A stretch of DNA of 64,000 nucleotides from Salibacteraceae bacterium. GTDB lineage: Bacteria > Bacteroidota > Bacteroidia > Flavobacteriales_G > Salibacteraceae. This document shows positions 27,583 to 35,917 of the stretch, in pieces. Position 1 is the stretch's first letter. Each line of letters starts with the position of its first letter. The translations under genes were made by a program, and so were the position numbers. The DNA is taken from NCBI GenBank assembly GCA_965658375.1, contig CBFHSD010000009.1, positions 229-64,228 on the forward strand, given 5' to 3'. A model generated the notes under the pieces. It saw only the letters and a program-made list of their open reading frames with translations. It did not search any database and was not told where the DNA came from.

Positions 27583-28542
27583 ATGATGAGTCATTACAAA
27601 AACCTCAATATAGAATACGCACCAGCCATTTGTTACTCGGGTTACAGAGATGGGCAAGATCCCGGTTCTGAAACTTATCCGAGCTACGAAGAGATTAAAG
27701 AAGACTTACTCATTTTACAAGGGCGTTGGAAATACCTTAGACTCTACGATTGTAGCCCGCATGCTGAAATAGTATTGGAGGTCATCTCCAAAGAGAAGCT
27801 TGATTTTAAAGTCATGCAAAGCGCCTACATTGTAGCAGAAATGAACAATCATGGCTGTCCTTGGGGAGGGGTTCACCCAGAAGAAGAATTGATTGCGAAT
27901 AGAGAAAAAAACATTAAAGAAATTGAAAAACTGATTGCGCTTGCCAATGCCTACCCCGAGATCATCTTCACCCTTTCTGTAGGAAACGAAGCTACTGTTG
28001 AATGGACAGACCACTTAGTTTCTGTAGACCGAGTGATTGAATACACCAAAATGGTGCAAGCAAATACAAAACAAGCGGTTACGTTTTGTGAGAATTATGT
28101 GCCTTGGCAAACCAAACTGGCTCCTTTGGCAGAGGTGGTTGACTTTATCTCCATTCACACCTATCCCGTTTGGGAATACAAACACATACACCAAGCACTT
28201 GAATTTACCAAGCAAAACTACCTGAGTATAGCCGAAAAATACCCCAATACTCCTGTTATGATTACAGAGGCAGGGTGGGCTACCAACTCCAATGGCAGGG
28301 GCATTGAACCCCACAACGTGAATGAAGACCTGCAAGAAGTTTATTACCATGATTTGGTAAACTGGAGTAAAGAAGAAGGCATCATTACTTTTGTATTTGA
28401 AGCTTTTGACGAAAACTGGAAAGGCTCTGAACACGAGTTCGAACCCGAAAAACATTGGGGAATTTTCCGTGCAGACAGAAGTCCTAAGAAAGTAATGCAA
28501 CCATATTACCCGCATTTAACGCCACAGCTCAAAGAAGATTAA
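27583..28542 (+). CDS. second, divergent GH17-like protein, no signal peptide
   Basis: Motifs LSVGNEATVEW and MITEAGWATNS. The ATG at 27583 is preferred over the track start at 27532, which overlaps the upstream gene. Confidence 0.65.
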   Translation: MMSHYKNLNIEYAPAICYSGYRDGQDPGSETYPSYEEIKEDLLILQGRWKYLRLYDCSPHAEIVLEVISKEKLDFKVMQSAYIVAEMNNHGCPWGGVHPEEELIANREKNIKEIEKLIALANAYPEIIFTLSVGNEATVEWTDHLVSVDRVIEYTKMVQANTKQAVTFCENYVPWQTKLAPLAEVVDFISIHTYPVWEYKHIHQALEFTKQNYLSIAEKYPNTPVMITEAGWATNSNGRGIEPHNVNEDLQEVYYHDLVNWSKEEGIITFVFEAFDENWKGSEHEFEPEKHWGIFRADRSPKKVMQPYYPHLTPQLKED

Positions 28543-28840
28543 TTCGCTATTAAGGAGGAAGAAATGTACCCGCTATTAAAAATGCTACGCACATACTAGC
28601 CGGTCAATCTACTCGTATTATAGAATCTACCAAACCTTTAACCTCATACGAAAGACCAAAGGAGGGAGATATCAGGTTTTACATCATCACCAATAAAAAT
28701 ACGGGTGCAGTTACCACTACCATAGAACGAGCGGTGAAAGGACACAGAGACACTTTCATTCTTCACAAAGCAATGAATGAATTGATTAAGAATTCCAACA
28801 TTGCATTGAGTACACTTTAGGCGTTTACCCTGACGTTGCA

Positions 28841-28882
28841 AAAACAAAAAAGTGCACCTGCCATAGTGGCAAATGCACTTTC
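28841..28882 (-). terminator. rho-independent terminator of icd
   Basis: AAGTGCA...TGCACTT outer stem with an inner TGCCA-tag-TGGCA stem. On the minus strand it is followed by TTTTTTGTTTT. Confidence 0.6.
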
Positions 28883-28904
28883 AATCTGCAATCAAACCTA
28901 AATA

Positions 28905-30383
28905 TTACTCTCCTTGTCCTAAAGAGAAACCACGTTTATCATCAAACTCATATAAGTTTTCTGTCTTTATCACATCAAATCCTTTTTCGTTCAAAGCATT
29001 CAACAATGTCAATGCATGCGCGAACTCGATTTTCTGGTATTGCAAGTCTTTGCTTCCTGCAGCATCGGTTCCTACAAAACGGCATCTCCAATGATCTGTA
29101 CAATAGGTTTCATCCAATCCGTCAGGATAAACTTTCACCCCTCTGTTGGTAATCATTTTTAAACGAATGAAAGGTGAATTGATAGAAGCTAAAGCATCTC
29201 CAATCTCATCAGGGTTGTCTCCTTTCCAGTCAACAAAAACATCCATACCAACCAAGTCTTTCTTTTCAGATCCTCTATTGTAATCTGGAATAGTAATGGT
29301 TCCGCCACCTTGCTCCAATTCACTTGGTTTCAAAATACTTGGCTTGTTGCCCAAGTTTTCAATCACCTTTTCTGCAAATTCTTTAGTACCTACTTTCTTC
29401 ACGCTCACGCCTTCTTGGTAGATATCTCCGGTATGGAAACCTTGCTCTAGCGTTGCTAGCCAAGCATTTTTCACTTTGGCTCCTACCTCAGGCTGACCAA
29501 TATGCGCCATCATCGAAACGGCCGCGTTGATCAAACCAGATGGGTTCGCAATTCCTTTTCCAGAAATGTCTGGTGCAGAACCATGAATGGCTTCGAACAT
29601 TGAAATATTTTTCCCAATATTGGCTGAACCGCACATCCCAACAGACCCACCTATTTCAGCAGCAATATCTGAGATGATATCTCCGTAAAGGTTTGCCGTT
29701 ACAATCACATCATAGTTCTCTGGGTTGGCAGCTAATCGTGCAGAACCTATGTCAATAATTTGAGTGTCATTTTCTATTCCTGGATACTCTACCGCTATCT
29801 CATCAAAGACTTTATGGAAAAGACCGTCAGTAATTTTCATGATGTTGTCTTTTACCATACAGGTCACTTTCTTACGGCCATATGCTTTCGCATACTCAAA
29901 AGCATAACGCACAATACGCTCTGTTCCTGGACGTGTAATGAGTTTCAAGCATTGGTAAACATCTTGTGTTTGTCTGTGCTCGATTCCAGCATATAAATCC
30001 TCTTCATTTTCTCGTACAATAACAAGATTCATGTTTGGAAAGTTGCTCGGCACATAAGGAGTTAACGCTTGTACCGGACGCACATTAGCGAAAAGCCCAA
30101 GTGACTTGCGCAAAGTTACATTCAAACTTTTATAGCCTTTCCCTTGCGGAGTAGTGATTGGTGCTTTAAAAATTACTTTGTAGGCATTTATGACATCCCA
30201 GGCGCTGTTCTCAATACCTGAGGTATTTCCTGACAAGTAAACCTTTTCTCCTAATTCAATAAATTTAGGATCAATGTTTGCTCCGGCTGCATTTAAGATG
30301 CTTAGTGTGGCATCCATTATTTCCGGACCAATTCCATCGCCCTTGGCTACTGCAATTTTTACAGGTTGTGATGTGTTCTCCAT
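28905..30383 (-). CDS. icd: isocitrate dehydrogenase (isocitrate/isopropylmalate dehydrogenase family) with a C-terminal extension of about 130 aa
   Basis: Motifs IAVAKGDGIGPEI, VRENEEDLYAGIE, NLYGDIISD and HGSAPDI. 492 aa. Confidence 0.8.
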   Translation of the reverse strand: MENTSQPVKIAVAKGDGIGPEIMDATLSILNAAGANIDPKFIELGEKVYLSGNTSGIENSAWDVINAYKVIFKAPITTPQGKGYKSLNVTLRKSLGLFANVRPVQALTPYVPSNFPNMNLVIVRENEEDLYAGIEHRQTQDVYQCLKLITRPGTERIVRYAFEYAKAYGRKKVTCMVKDNIMKITDGLFHKVFDEIAVEYPGIENDTQIIDIGSARLAANPENYDVIVTANLYGDIISDIAAEIGGSVGMCGSANIGKNISMFEAIHGSAPDISGKGIANPSGLINAAVSMMAHIGQPEVGAKVKNAWLATLEQGFHTGDIYQEGVSVKKVGTKEFAEKVIENLGNKPSILKPSELEQGGGTITIPDYNRGSEKKDLVGMDVFVDWKGDNPDEIGDALASINSPFIRLKMITNRGVKVYPDGLDETYCTDHWRCRFVGTDAAGSKDLQYQKIEFAHALTLLNALNEKGFDVIKTENLYEFDDKRGFSLGQGE

Positions 30384-30458
30384 GCTTTAATTGTAATTTT
30401 TCTTCGGGCAAATATGTACCCTTTTAAGCATGTCTGAAAATTTATATGTTTTATATTT

Positions 30459-30480
30459 CTCATTAACCTTTATTAATGAG
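30459..30480. promoter_or_regulatory. 8-bp inverted repeat CTCATTAA-N6-TTAATGAG upstream of icd
   Basis: Perfect 8/8 arms, located 76-97 nt upstream of the icd start. Function is unknown. Confidence 0.25.
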
Positions 30481-30990
30481 TCATTGTCTAATTTAAAACA
30501 GGCCAGGCTTTCTTGGGTTTAAAAAAAGATCCGAGAAAGATATTGGCCTCAACCTTTGAATGGCTCTTGAGATATTTATAAAAACCAAAGGAGAAACAAA
30601 GCTCAATGAAGCATCGCGTTCAATATTATTACTGATAATAAATAAAGCCGATGTGAACTGAGGAGCTGAATATTTTTTGATTGCAAGAATTAATAAACCA
30701 TCAATTCTGCGCACTATTCATAACGCTTTTATACCCCAGCAATCTGAAGTGTTTCACCATTAGAAATGGAGTCAACAAAAACTTGGTTTAATGGGGTTAA
30801 TACTGAGTTGGTCTTATAGTTTTATGCTTAAGGTTCAGAAATCAACAAAAACTCAATTAAACTCAGATGAGGGTTTGTTCTCTTTAAAACTTAATTTAAC
30901 GGATTTCTTAAGCCATGAAATGGCATCAATCAAGAGTCAATTCTTGAAAAATTCATACATTCCATTACAAATCAGATTTAACAGAAATAC

Positions 30991-32901
30991 ATGAGTAATT
31001 ATCATATCAAACACCTAGAAGAATACTTTAGAGTTTACCGAAAATCTGTGATTGAACCCGAAAACTTTTGGGCAGAAATAGCCGAAGAGCATTTTGTGTG
31101 GCGCAAGCGCTGGGACAAAGTGTTGGAATGGGATTTCAACAAACCGGAAGTAAAGTGGTTTCAAGGGGCTCAACTCAACATTACAGAGAATTGTATTGAC
31201 AGGCATTTATTTACCAAGAGAGATAAAACAGCCATCTTATTTGAACCCAATGACCCAAACGAAGCAGCACAACACATTACCTACGGAGAGCTCTCTGAAA
31301 GGGTAAACAAATTTGCCAATGTGTTAAAAGCACAAGGCATTGAAAAAGGCGATCGCGTGTGTATTTACCTACCTATGATTCCAGAATTGGCTGTTTCTGT
31401 GTTGGCTTGTGCGCGCATTGGTGCTATCCATTCAGTGGTGTTTGCTGGTTTTTCTAGCACCGCCCTCTCTACACGTATCAATGATGCCAGCTGCAAAATG
31501 GTCATCACTTCTGATGGTTCTTACAGAGGCACAAAAACCATTGATTTAAAAGGGATTGTAGACGAAGCCCTAGAAGACTGCACTTGCGTAGAAAGTGTTT
31601 TAGTAGCGCAGAGAATCAACAGCGACATTCAAATGAAAGAAGGAAGAGACCATTGGCTTCAACCTTTATTAGATCAAGCAGATGCGCAGTGCGAACCAAC
31701 CATCATGGATGCTGAAGATCCATTGTTTATCCTCTACACCTCGGGTTCTACAGGAATGCCCAAAGGAATGGTTCACACCTGTGGTGGTTACATGGTCTAC
31801 ACGGCTTACACGTTCAGAAATGTATTCAACTATGTAGACCCAGAAGTTTATTGGTGTACCGCAGATATTGGTTGGATAACTGGGCACAGCTACATCGTAT
31901 ACGGCCCATTATGTAATGGAGCTACAACTGTTATGTTTGAAGGGGTACCATCGTATCCAGATTTTGGAAGATTCTGGGAAATTGTAGAAAAACACAAGGT
32001 GAACCAGTTCTACACAGCACCAACGGCAATTCGCGCTTTGGCCAAAGAAAATTTAGAACATGTCACCAAATACGATTTGAGTTCCCTCAAAGTACTCGGT
32101 ACTGTTGGCGAACCTATCAACGAAGAAGCCTGGCACTGGTACAACGACAATGTGGGACAAGGACAAAGCCCTATTGTAGATACCTGGTGGCAAACAGAAA
32201 CTGGGGGAATTATGCTTTCTCCTATTCCGTTTGTAACGCCTACCATACCAACTTATGCAACCCTTCCATTACCGGGCATACAACCGGCTCTTATGGACGA
32301 AAATGGCGGAGAGATAGATGGAAAACAAGTCAATGGACGTTTGTGTATCAAATTCCCATGGCCTTCTATGGCGCGCACCATTTGGGGGAACCATCAACGC
32401 TATAAAGACACGTATTTTAGTGCGTATGAGAATAAGTATTTCACTGGAGATGGAGCATTGAGAGACACCGTTGGTTATTACCGAATTACTGGCCGCGTAG
32501 ATGACGTAATCATTGTTTCTGGCCATAACCTAGGTACAGCACCTATTGAAGATGCCATTAATGAACATCCTGCCGTGGCAGAATCTGCAATAGTGGGTTA
32601 CCCGCATGATGTAAAAGGAAATGCCCTTTACGGTTATGTGATCTTGAAAGAATCTGGTGGCGATAGAAATCAAGACAACTTGCGCAAAGAAATCAATCAA
32701 ATTATTTCTGAGCATATTGGGCCTATTGCCAAATTGGATAAAATTCAATTCACCAGTGGCTTACCCAAAACACGTTCTGGAAAAATAATGAGACGTATTC
32801 TACGAAAAATTGCTTCCAATGATATGGGCAATTTAGGAGACACTTCTACCCTTCTAAACCCAGAAGTAGTAGAAGAGATAAAAGAGAATGTGATACGTTA
32901 G
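30991..32901 (+). CDS. acs: acetyl-CoA synthetase
   Basis: Motifs YTSGSTGMPKG, WWQTETGG, YFTGDGA and SGKIMRRILRKI. 636 aa. Confidence 0.95.
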   Translation: MSNYHIKHLEEYFRVYRKSVIEPENFWAEIAEEHFVWRKRWDKVLEWDFNKPEVKWFQGAQLNITENCIDRHLFTKRDKTAILFEPNDPNEAAQHITYGELSERVNKFANVLKAQGIEKGDRVCIYLPMIPELAVSVLACARIGAIHSVVFAGFSSTALSTRINDASCKMVITSDGSYRGTKTIDLKGIVDEALEDCTCVESVLVAQRINSDIQMKEGRDHWLQPLLDQADAQCEPTIMDAEDPLFILYTSGSTGMPKGMVHTCGGYMVYTAYTFRNVFNYVDPEVYWCTADIGWITGHSYIVYGPLCNGATTVMFEGVPSYPDFGRFWEIVEKHKVNQFYTAPTAIRALAKENLEHVTKYDLSSLKVLGTVGEPINEEAWHWYNDNVGQGQSPIVDTWWQTETGGIMLSPIPFVTPTIPTYATLPLPGIQPALMDENGGEIDGKQVNGRLCIKFPWPSMARTIWGNHQRYKDTYFSAYENKYFTGDGALRDTVGYYRITGRVDDVIIVSGHNLGTAPIEDAINEHPAVAESAIVGYPHDVKGNALYGYVILKESGGDRNQDNLRKEINQIISEHIGPIAKLDKIQFTSGLPKTRSGKIMRRILRKIASNDMGNLGDTSTLLNPEVVEEIKENVIR

Positions 32902-32922
32902 ACATACCTGAAATCCTGAGGA

Positions 32923-32958
32923 AGGCAGCTGCAGTAGTTAAACTGTTGCTGCCTTTTC
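32923..32958 (+). terminator. rho-independent terminator after acs
   Basis: AGGCAGC...GCTGCCT hairpin followed by TTTT. Confidence 0.65.
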
Positions 32959-32966
32959 TTATTGTA

Positions 32967-32974
32967 TAACTTTG
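32967..32974 (+). promoter_or_regulatory. -7 box TAACTTTG upstream of the GH53 gene
   Basis: Exact TAnnTTTG match 8 nt before the ATG at 32983. Confidence 0.35.
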
Positions 32975-32982
32975 AACAACGA

Positions 32983-34077
32983 ATGAAGGGCATCACATAC
33001 ATGTCAGCTTTCCTTATCTGTTCAGTTTTGTGTGCATGCACAAAGCAAGACACTTCTGTGAGCGACCCTCTACCAGAAGAAGAAGTGGCATTTATTTCTT
33101 CCTTGGACATTTCCAGCTATCCAGAAATTGAGGGAGATGGCGGTGTTTTTCTCGACAGCAATGGCATGGAGCATGACTTTTTACAGCTCCTCCAAAAAAA
33201 CGGCATCAACACCTTGCGTTTAAGACTTTGGGTGAACCCAAATGAGGTGCATTCTAGCCTAGCAGAAGTGCATCGTTTATCTGAACGAGCAAAAGCACTT
33301 GGCTTTGACATTTGGTTGGCCCTTCACTATTCAGATACTTGGGCCGATCCCGGACAACAGCAAACGCCTCAAGCTTGGGAAGGTTTGCCCTACAGCGTTC
33401 TTAAAGACAGCGTATACACTTATACGCGAAAGGTAATGGATGCGATCCAGCCAGACTTTATACAAATTGGAAACGAAATAAACTCTGGCATTCTGCATCC
33501 TGAGGGAACTACGACCAACATGCCACAATTCAAAGGTTTGTTGCAAAGTGGAATAGACGCAGTGCGTGCTACAAATAGCAACTGCAAAATTGTGCTGCAT
33601 TTTGCTGGAATTGAAAACTCTGAGTGGTTTTTTGGGGAGCTTGCAGCGTTGGATTATGATGTTATTGGCCTTTCGTACTACCCCATTTGGCATGGAAAAT
33701 CGATTGCTCAGCTTGAAAACACCATCACAAACTTGAGCACACAGTTCAATAAAGATATCTTGATTGCAGAAACCGCATATCCATTCACTCTTGATTGGAA
33801 CGATTTTACAAACAACATTGTTGGACTTGACGAACACCTCATCCTGCCAGATTATCCCGCCACACCAGAAGGCCAAGCAGCTTTATTAAGCCGTATAAAA
33901 ATGCTTTGTCTCCGTTCTGAAAGAACCATTGGCTATGCGTATTGGGGTGGAGAGCTGATTGCATGGAAAGGCCCGCAAGCCACAGATGCCTCACCGTGGG
34001 AAAATCAGGCTTTGTTTGATTTTAGTGGAAAGGCCACTCCAGCATTTTCTGTTATGAATAGTAACCATACCCAATAA
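32983..34077 (+). CDS. arabinogalactan endo-beta-1,4-galactanase (GH53) lipoprotein
   Basis: Lipobox SVLCAC, plus RLRLWVNP, LALHYSDTWADPGQQQTPQAW, IQIGNEINSG and IAETAYP (clan GH-A glutamates). Confidence 0.8.
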   Translation: MKGITYMSAFLICSVLCACTKQDTSVSDPLPEEEVAFISSLDISSYPEIEGDGGVFLDSNGMEHDFLQLLQKNGINTLRLRLWVNPNEVHSSLAEVHRLSERAKALGFDIWLALHYSDTWADPGQQQTPQAWEGLPYSVLKDSVYTYTRKVMDAIQPDFIQIGNEINSGILHPEGTTTNMPQFKGLLQSGIDAVRATNSNCKIVLHFAGIENSEWFFGELAALDYDVIGLSYYPIWHGKSIAQLENTITNLSTQFNKDILIAETAYPFTLDWNDFTNNIVGLDEHLILPDYPATPEGQAALLSRIKMLCLRSERTIGYAYWGGELIAWKGPQATDASPWENQALFDFSGKATPAFSVMNSNHTQ

Positions 34078-34086
34078 GCTTGACTG

Positions 34087-34494
34087 ATGGAAAAGCTCAA
34101 AAACGCTATTGCAGAAGCTATTGAAGCAAAAGAAAAAGGGGAAAACAACGCCAACATTAAAAACCATCTTGAAAGAAAAGGCTTCTCTGAAAATGAGGCC
34201 AAGCAAATCTTAAAAGCAGCAGATCACCATTACTTGAACAAGCTTATGGAACGGCTAAAAAACAGGCTGCATTTTACATTTAGCAACACGATAATGGGTT
34301 ATATACTCATTGCTCTCGGCTCAATTGTGACTTTGTTTAGTTACCTTCAGATCATTAACTTTCAGGGTGTTTACATCTTTTTCTACGGTCCAATTGTAGC
34401 TGGCATTGCAATGATTGCTGCAGACAAAAAAGGAAAATTTAACGAACGCGAAAAAGAGTTTACCTTTAAGCGAAGATTCAAGCGAAACGAGTAG
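34087..34494 (+). CDS. hypothetical membrane protein (helical N-domain, 2 TM, basic tail)
   Basis: 135-aa ORF with TM segments IMGYILIALGSIVTLFSYL and VYIFFYGPIVAGIAMIAA. No recognisable motif. Confidence 0.4.
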   Translation: MEKLKNAIAEAIEAKEKGENNANIKNHLERKGFSENEAKQILKAADHHYLNKLMERLKNRLHFTFSNTIMGYILIALGSIVTLFSYLQIINFQGVYIFFYGPIVAGIAMIAADKKGKFNEREKEFTFKRRFKRNE

Positions 34495-34538
34495 TTAGCG
34501 GATACACTCCTAGCCCAATCTGACATTCAATCATTTAA

Positions 34539-35060
34539 ATGATGCCTATGAAATTTCTTAATCAACTTTGTGCTTGGGGACTTCCCATACTCATTCTCCT
34601 TCTCCAATCCTGCAATTGCAACTGTACCGAAATAGGCTGTATTTCTGACAGTAAGCCTTACACACTTCAATTTCCGAGTCAAGAATTCACCCAAGAAGAC
34701 CTTACTGAAGTTCAATTTATACGCACTAACGGTTCTTATGAAAAAATAGATTCGGTGGCATTAGATCCTTATTTGAATGAGAACAATCGAAAGATTGACT
34801 TCATGCTGATCTCCAACTTGTTTTCTGAAGACTTTGATTTGAATGAATACAACTACATCGTATCTATTCAAAAGATCTATCAAAAAGATAGCATTGCTCT
34901 GAACTACACCCTTGAAATTACTTCTGAAGTGTGCAATTCCTGCAGCGGAGCCTCAAGCTGTGAAGATGAATACTACAACCATTGGAATTACCAAAACATG
35001 AAATACACGCTCAATCAAAAGAGCGCAGATGGCAGTGACATTACATTATCAAAAAATTGA
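34539..35060 (+). CDS. hypothetical Cys-rich lipoprotein
   Basis: Signal/lipobox LILLLQSCNCNC, with a later CNSCSGASSC cluster. 173 aa. Confidence 0.4.
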   Translation: MMPMKFLNQLCAWGLPILILLLQSCNCNCTEIGCISDSKPYTLQFPSQEFTQEDLTEVQFIRTNGSYEKIDSVALDPYLNENNRKIDFMLISNLFSEDFDLNEYNYIVSIQKIYQKDSIALNYTLEITSEVCNSCSGASSCEDEYYNHWNYQNMKYTLNQKSADGSDITLSKN

Positions 35061-35072
35061 TTCCTCCGATAT

Positions 35073-35846
35073 TTAAAACCCAGAAACAAATAGATTTCGG
35101 GCTCCTTTGATCCCGCACTTTTGATACTTATGGTAGGATAGTGCTGCACGTTCTTCTATTTGGGCATCGCTTTCATTCAGTATCCAACCTTCAAAAGCTG
35201 CTTCAAGCGTGTAAGCTTCTGGAGCCATTAGATGGCTGGTCCAAAGCAAGGGTTTAGCCTGTGCCAACTTGACTTGTGGACTAAAAAAATCCCTGCTATA
35301 ACAAGCCAGAATAATCACTTCTTTAGGTTCTAAACTTGGCTCCAGAGTTTGGAAATAAATAGCCACATCAAACTCCATGAGTCCATCATGACCTACATAT
35401 GCCAAGAGATCTGCTTTTCCTCCAAAATAGAGCTTTTGAGTTCCTTCTGTGATAGTGATTGGCAATTGATGATTGGAAGCCTTTAAAAAGTCTATGGTGC
35501 ATTCTTTGATCTTGGCCCCGTTATAGGCATCTGCCAATAGAAAAACATCCTCGCTTGCATGTTTAAAAAGAATACGCTCAAGAATATTGGATCCCTCTGA
35601 GAGCGGAATGCTTTTTATAAAAACCCAATCGTCTGACTTTTTACTGAAATAGGTTTTTACTCCATACAATGCGCCCCAATACAAATTGGTTCTAGGACTT
35701 TGCCCATTGCCCAGAGATTCAGGCACACGAACAATTCCTTGATTTTCATTGTCGCACAAAGCAACATAAACATGAATTGTTTTGCTTTTAGCCAAAACTT
35801 GTAATGCCAAACAAAATGAGCATAAAAACAAAAAGAAGCTCTTCAT
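35073..35846 (-). CDS. secreted hypothetical protein with a caspase-like (clan CD) His/Cys pattern
   Basis: Signal peptide MKSFFLFLCSFCLALQVLA (ATG at 35846 preferred). Beta-strand-then-catalytic-residue pattern LLAYVGHDG ... VIILACYSR. Confidence 0.5.
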   Translation of the reverse strand: MKSFFLFLCSFCLALQVLAKSKTIHVYVALCDNENQGIVRVPESLGNGQSPRTNLYWGALYGVKTYFSKKSDDWVFIKSIPLSEGSNILERILFKHASEDVFLLADAYNGAKIKECTIDFLKASNHQLPITITEGTQKLYFGGKADLLAYVGHDGLMEFDVAIYFQTLEPSLEPKEVIILACYSRDFFSPQVKLAQAKPLLWTSHLMAPEAYTLEAAFEGWILNESDAQIEERAALSYHKYQKCGIKGARNLFVSGF

Positions 35847-35865
35847 TACCGAAAGGTATAAAAAC

Positions 35866-35892
35866 AAAAAGCTCCGGTTTCCCGGAGCTTTG
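35866..35892 (-). terminator. rho-independent terminator of the M16 peptidase gene
   Basis: GCTCCGG-tttc-CCGGAGC hairpin, with a T-run on the minus strand. Confidence 0.75.
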
Positions 35893-35917
35893 TTAAGTAA
35901 CTATAACTGATTCTTTC

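Noticed and set aside
28015-28515. 166-aa minus-strand ORF inside the second GH17 gene.
   Set aside because: It is an antisense shadow ORF. The sense strand carries conserved GH-A motifs.
28644-28847. 67-aa minus-strand ORF downstream of the GH17 pair.
   Set aside because: The translation is Cys/Phe-rich and implausible. The opposite strand has a more protein-like but start-less frame, which is reported as a finding.
30493-30994. Track ORFs of 73 aa (minus strand, 30493-30714) and 67 aa (plus strand, 30791-30994) in the icd-acs spacer.
   Set aside because: They have no signal peptide, TM helix or motif, and their composition reflects the AT-rich spacer. The 67-aa ORF's ATGA overlap with acs is noted under findings but is not enough to call a gene.
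33331-33876. 181-aa minus-strand ORF inside the GH53 gene.
   Set aside because: It is antisense to a gene with clear catalytic motifs. The translation is Cys-rich and motif-free, as expected of a shadow ORF.
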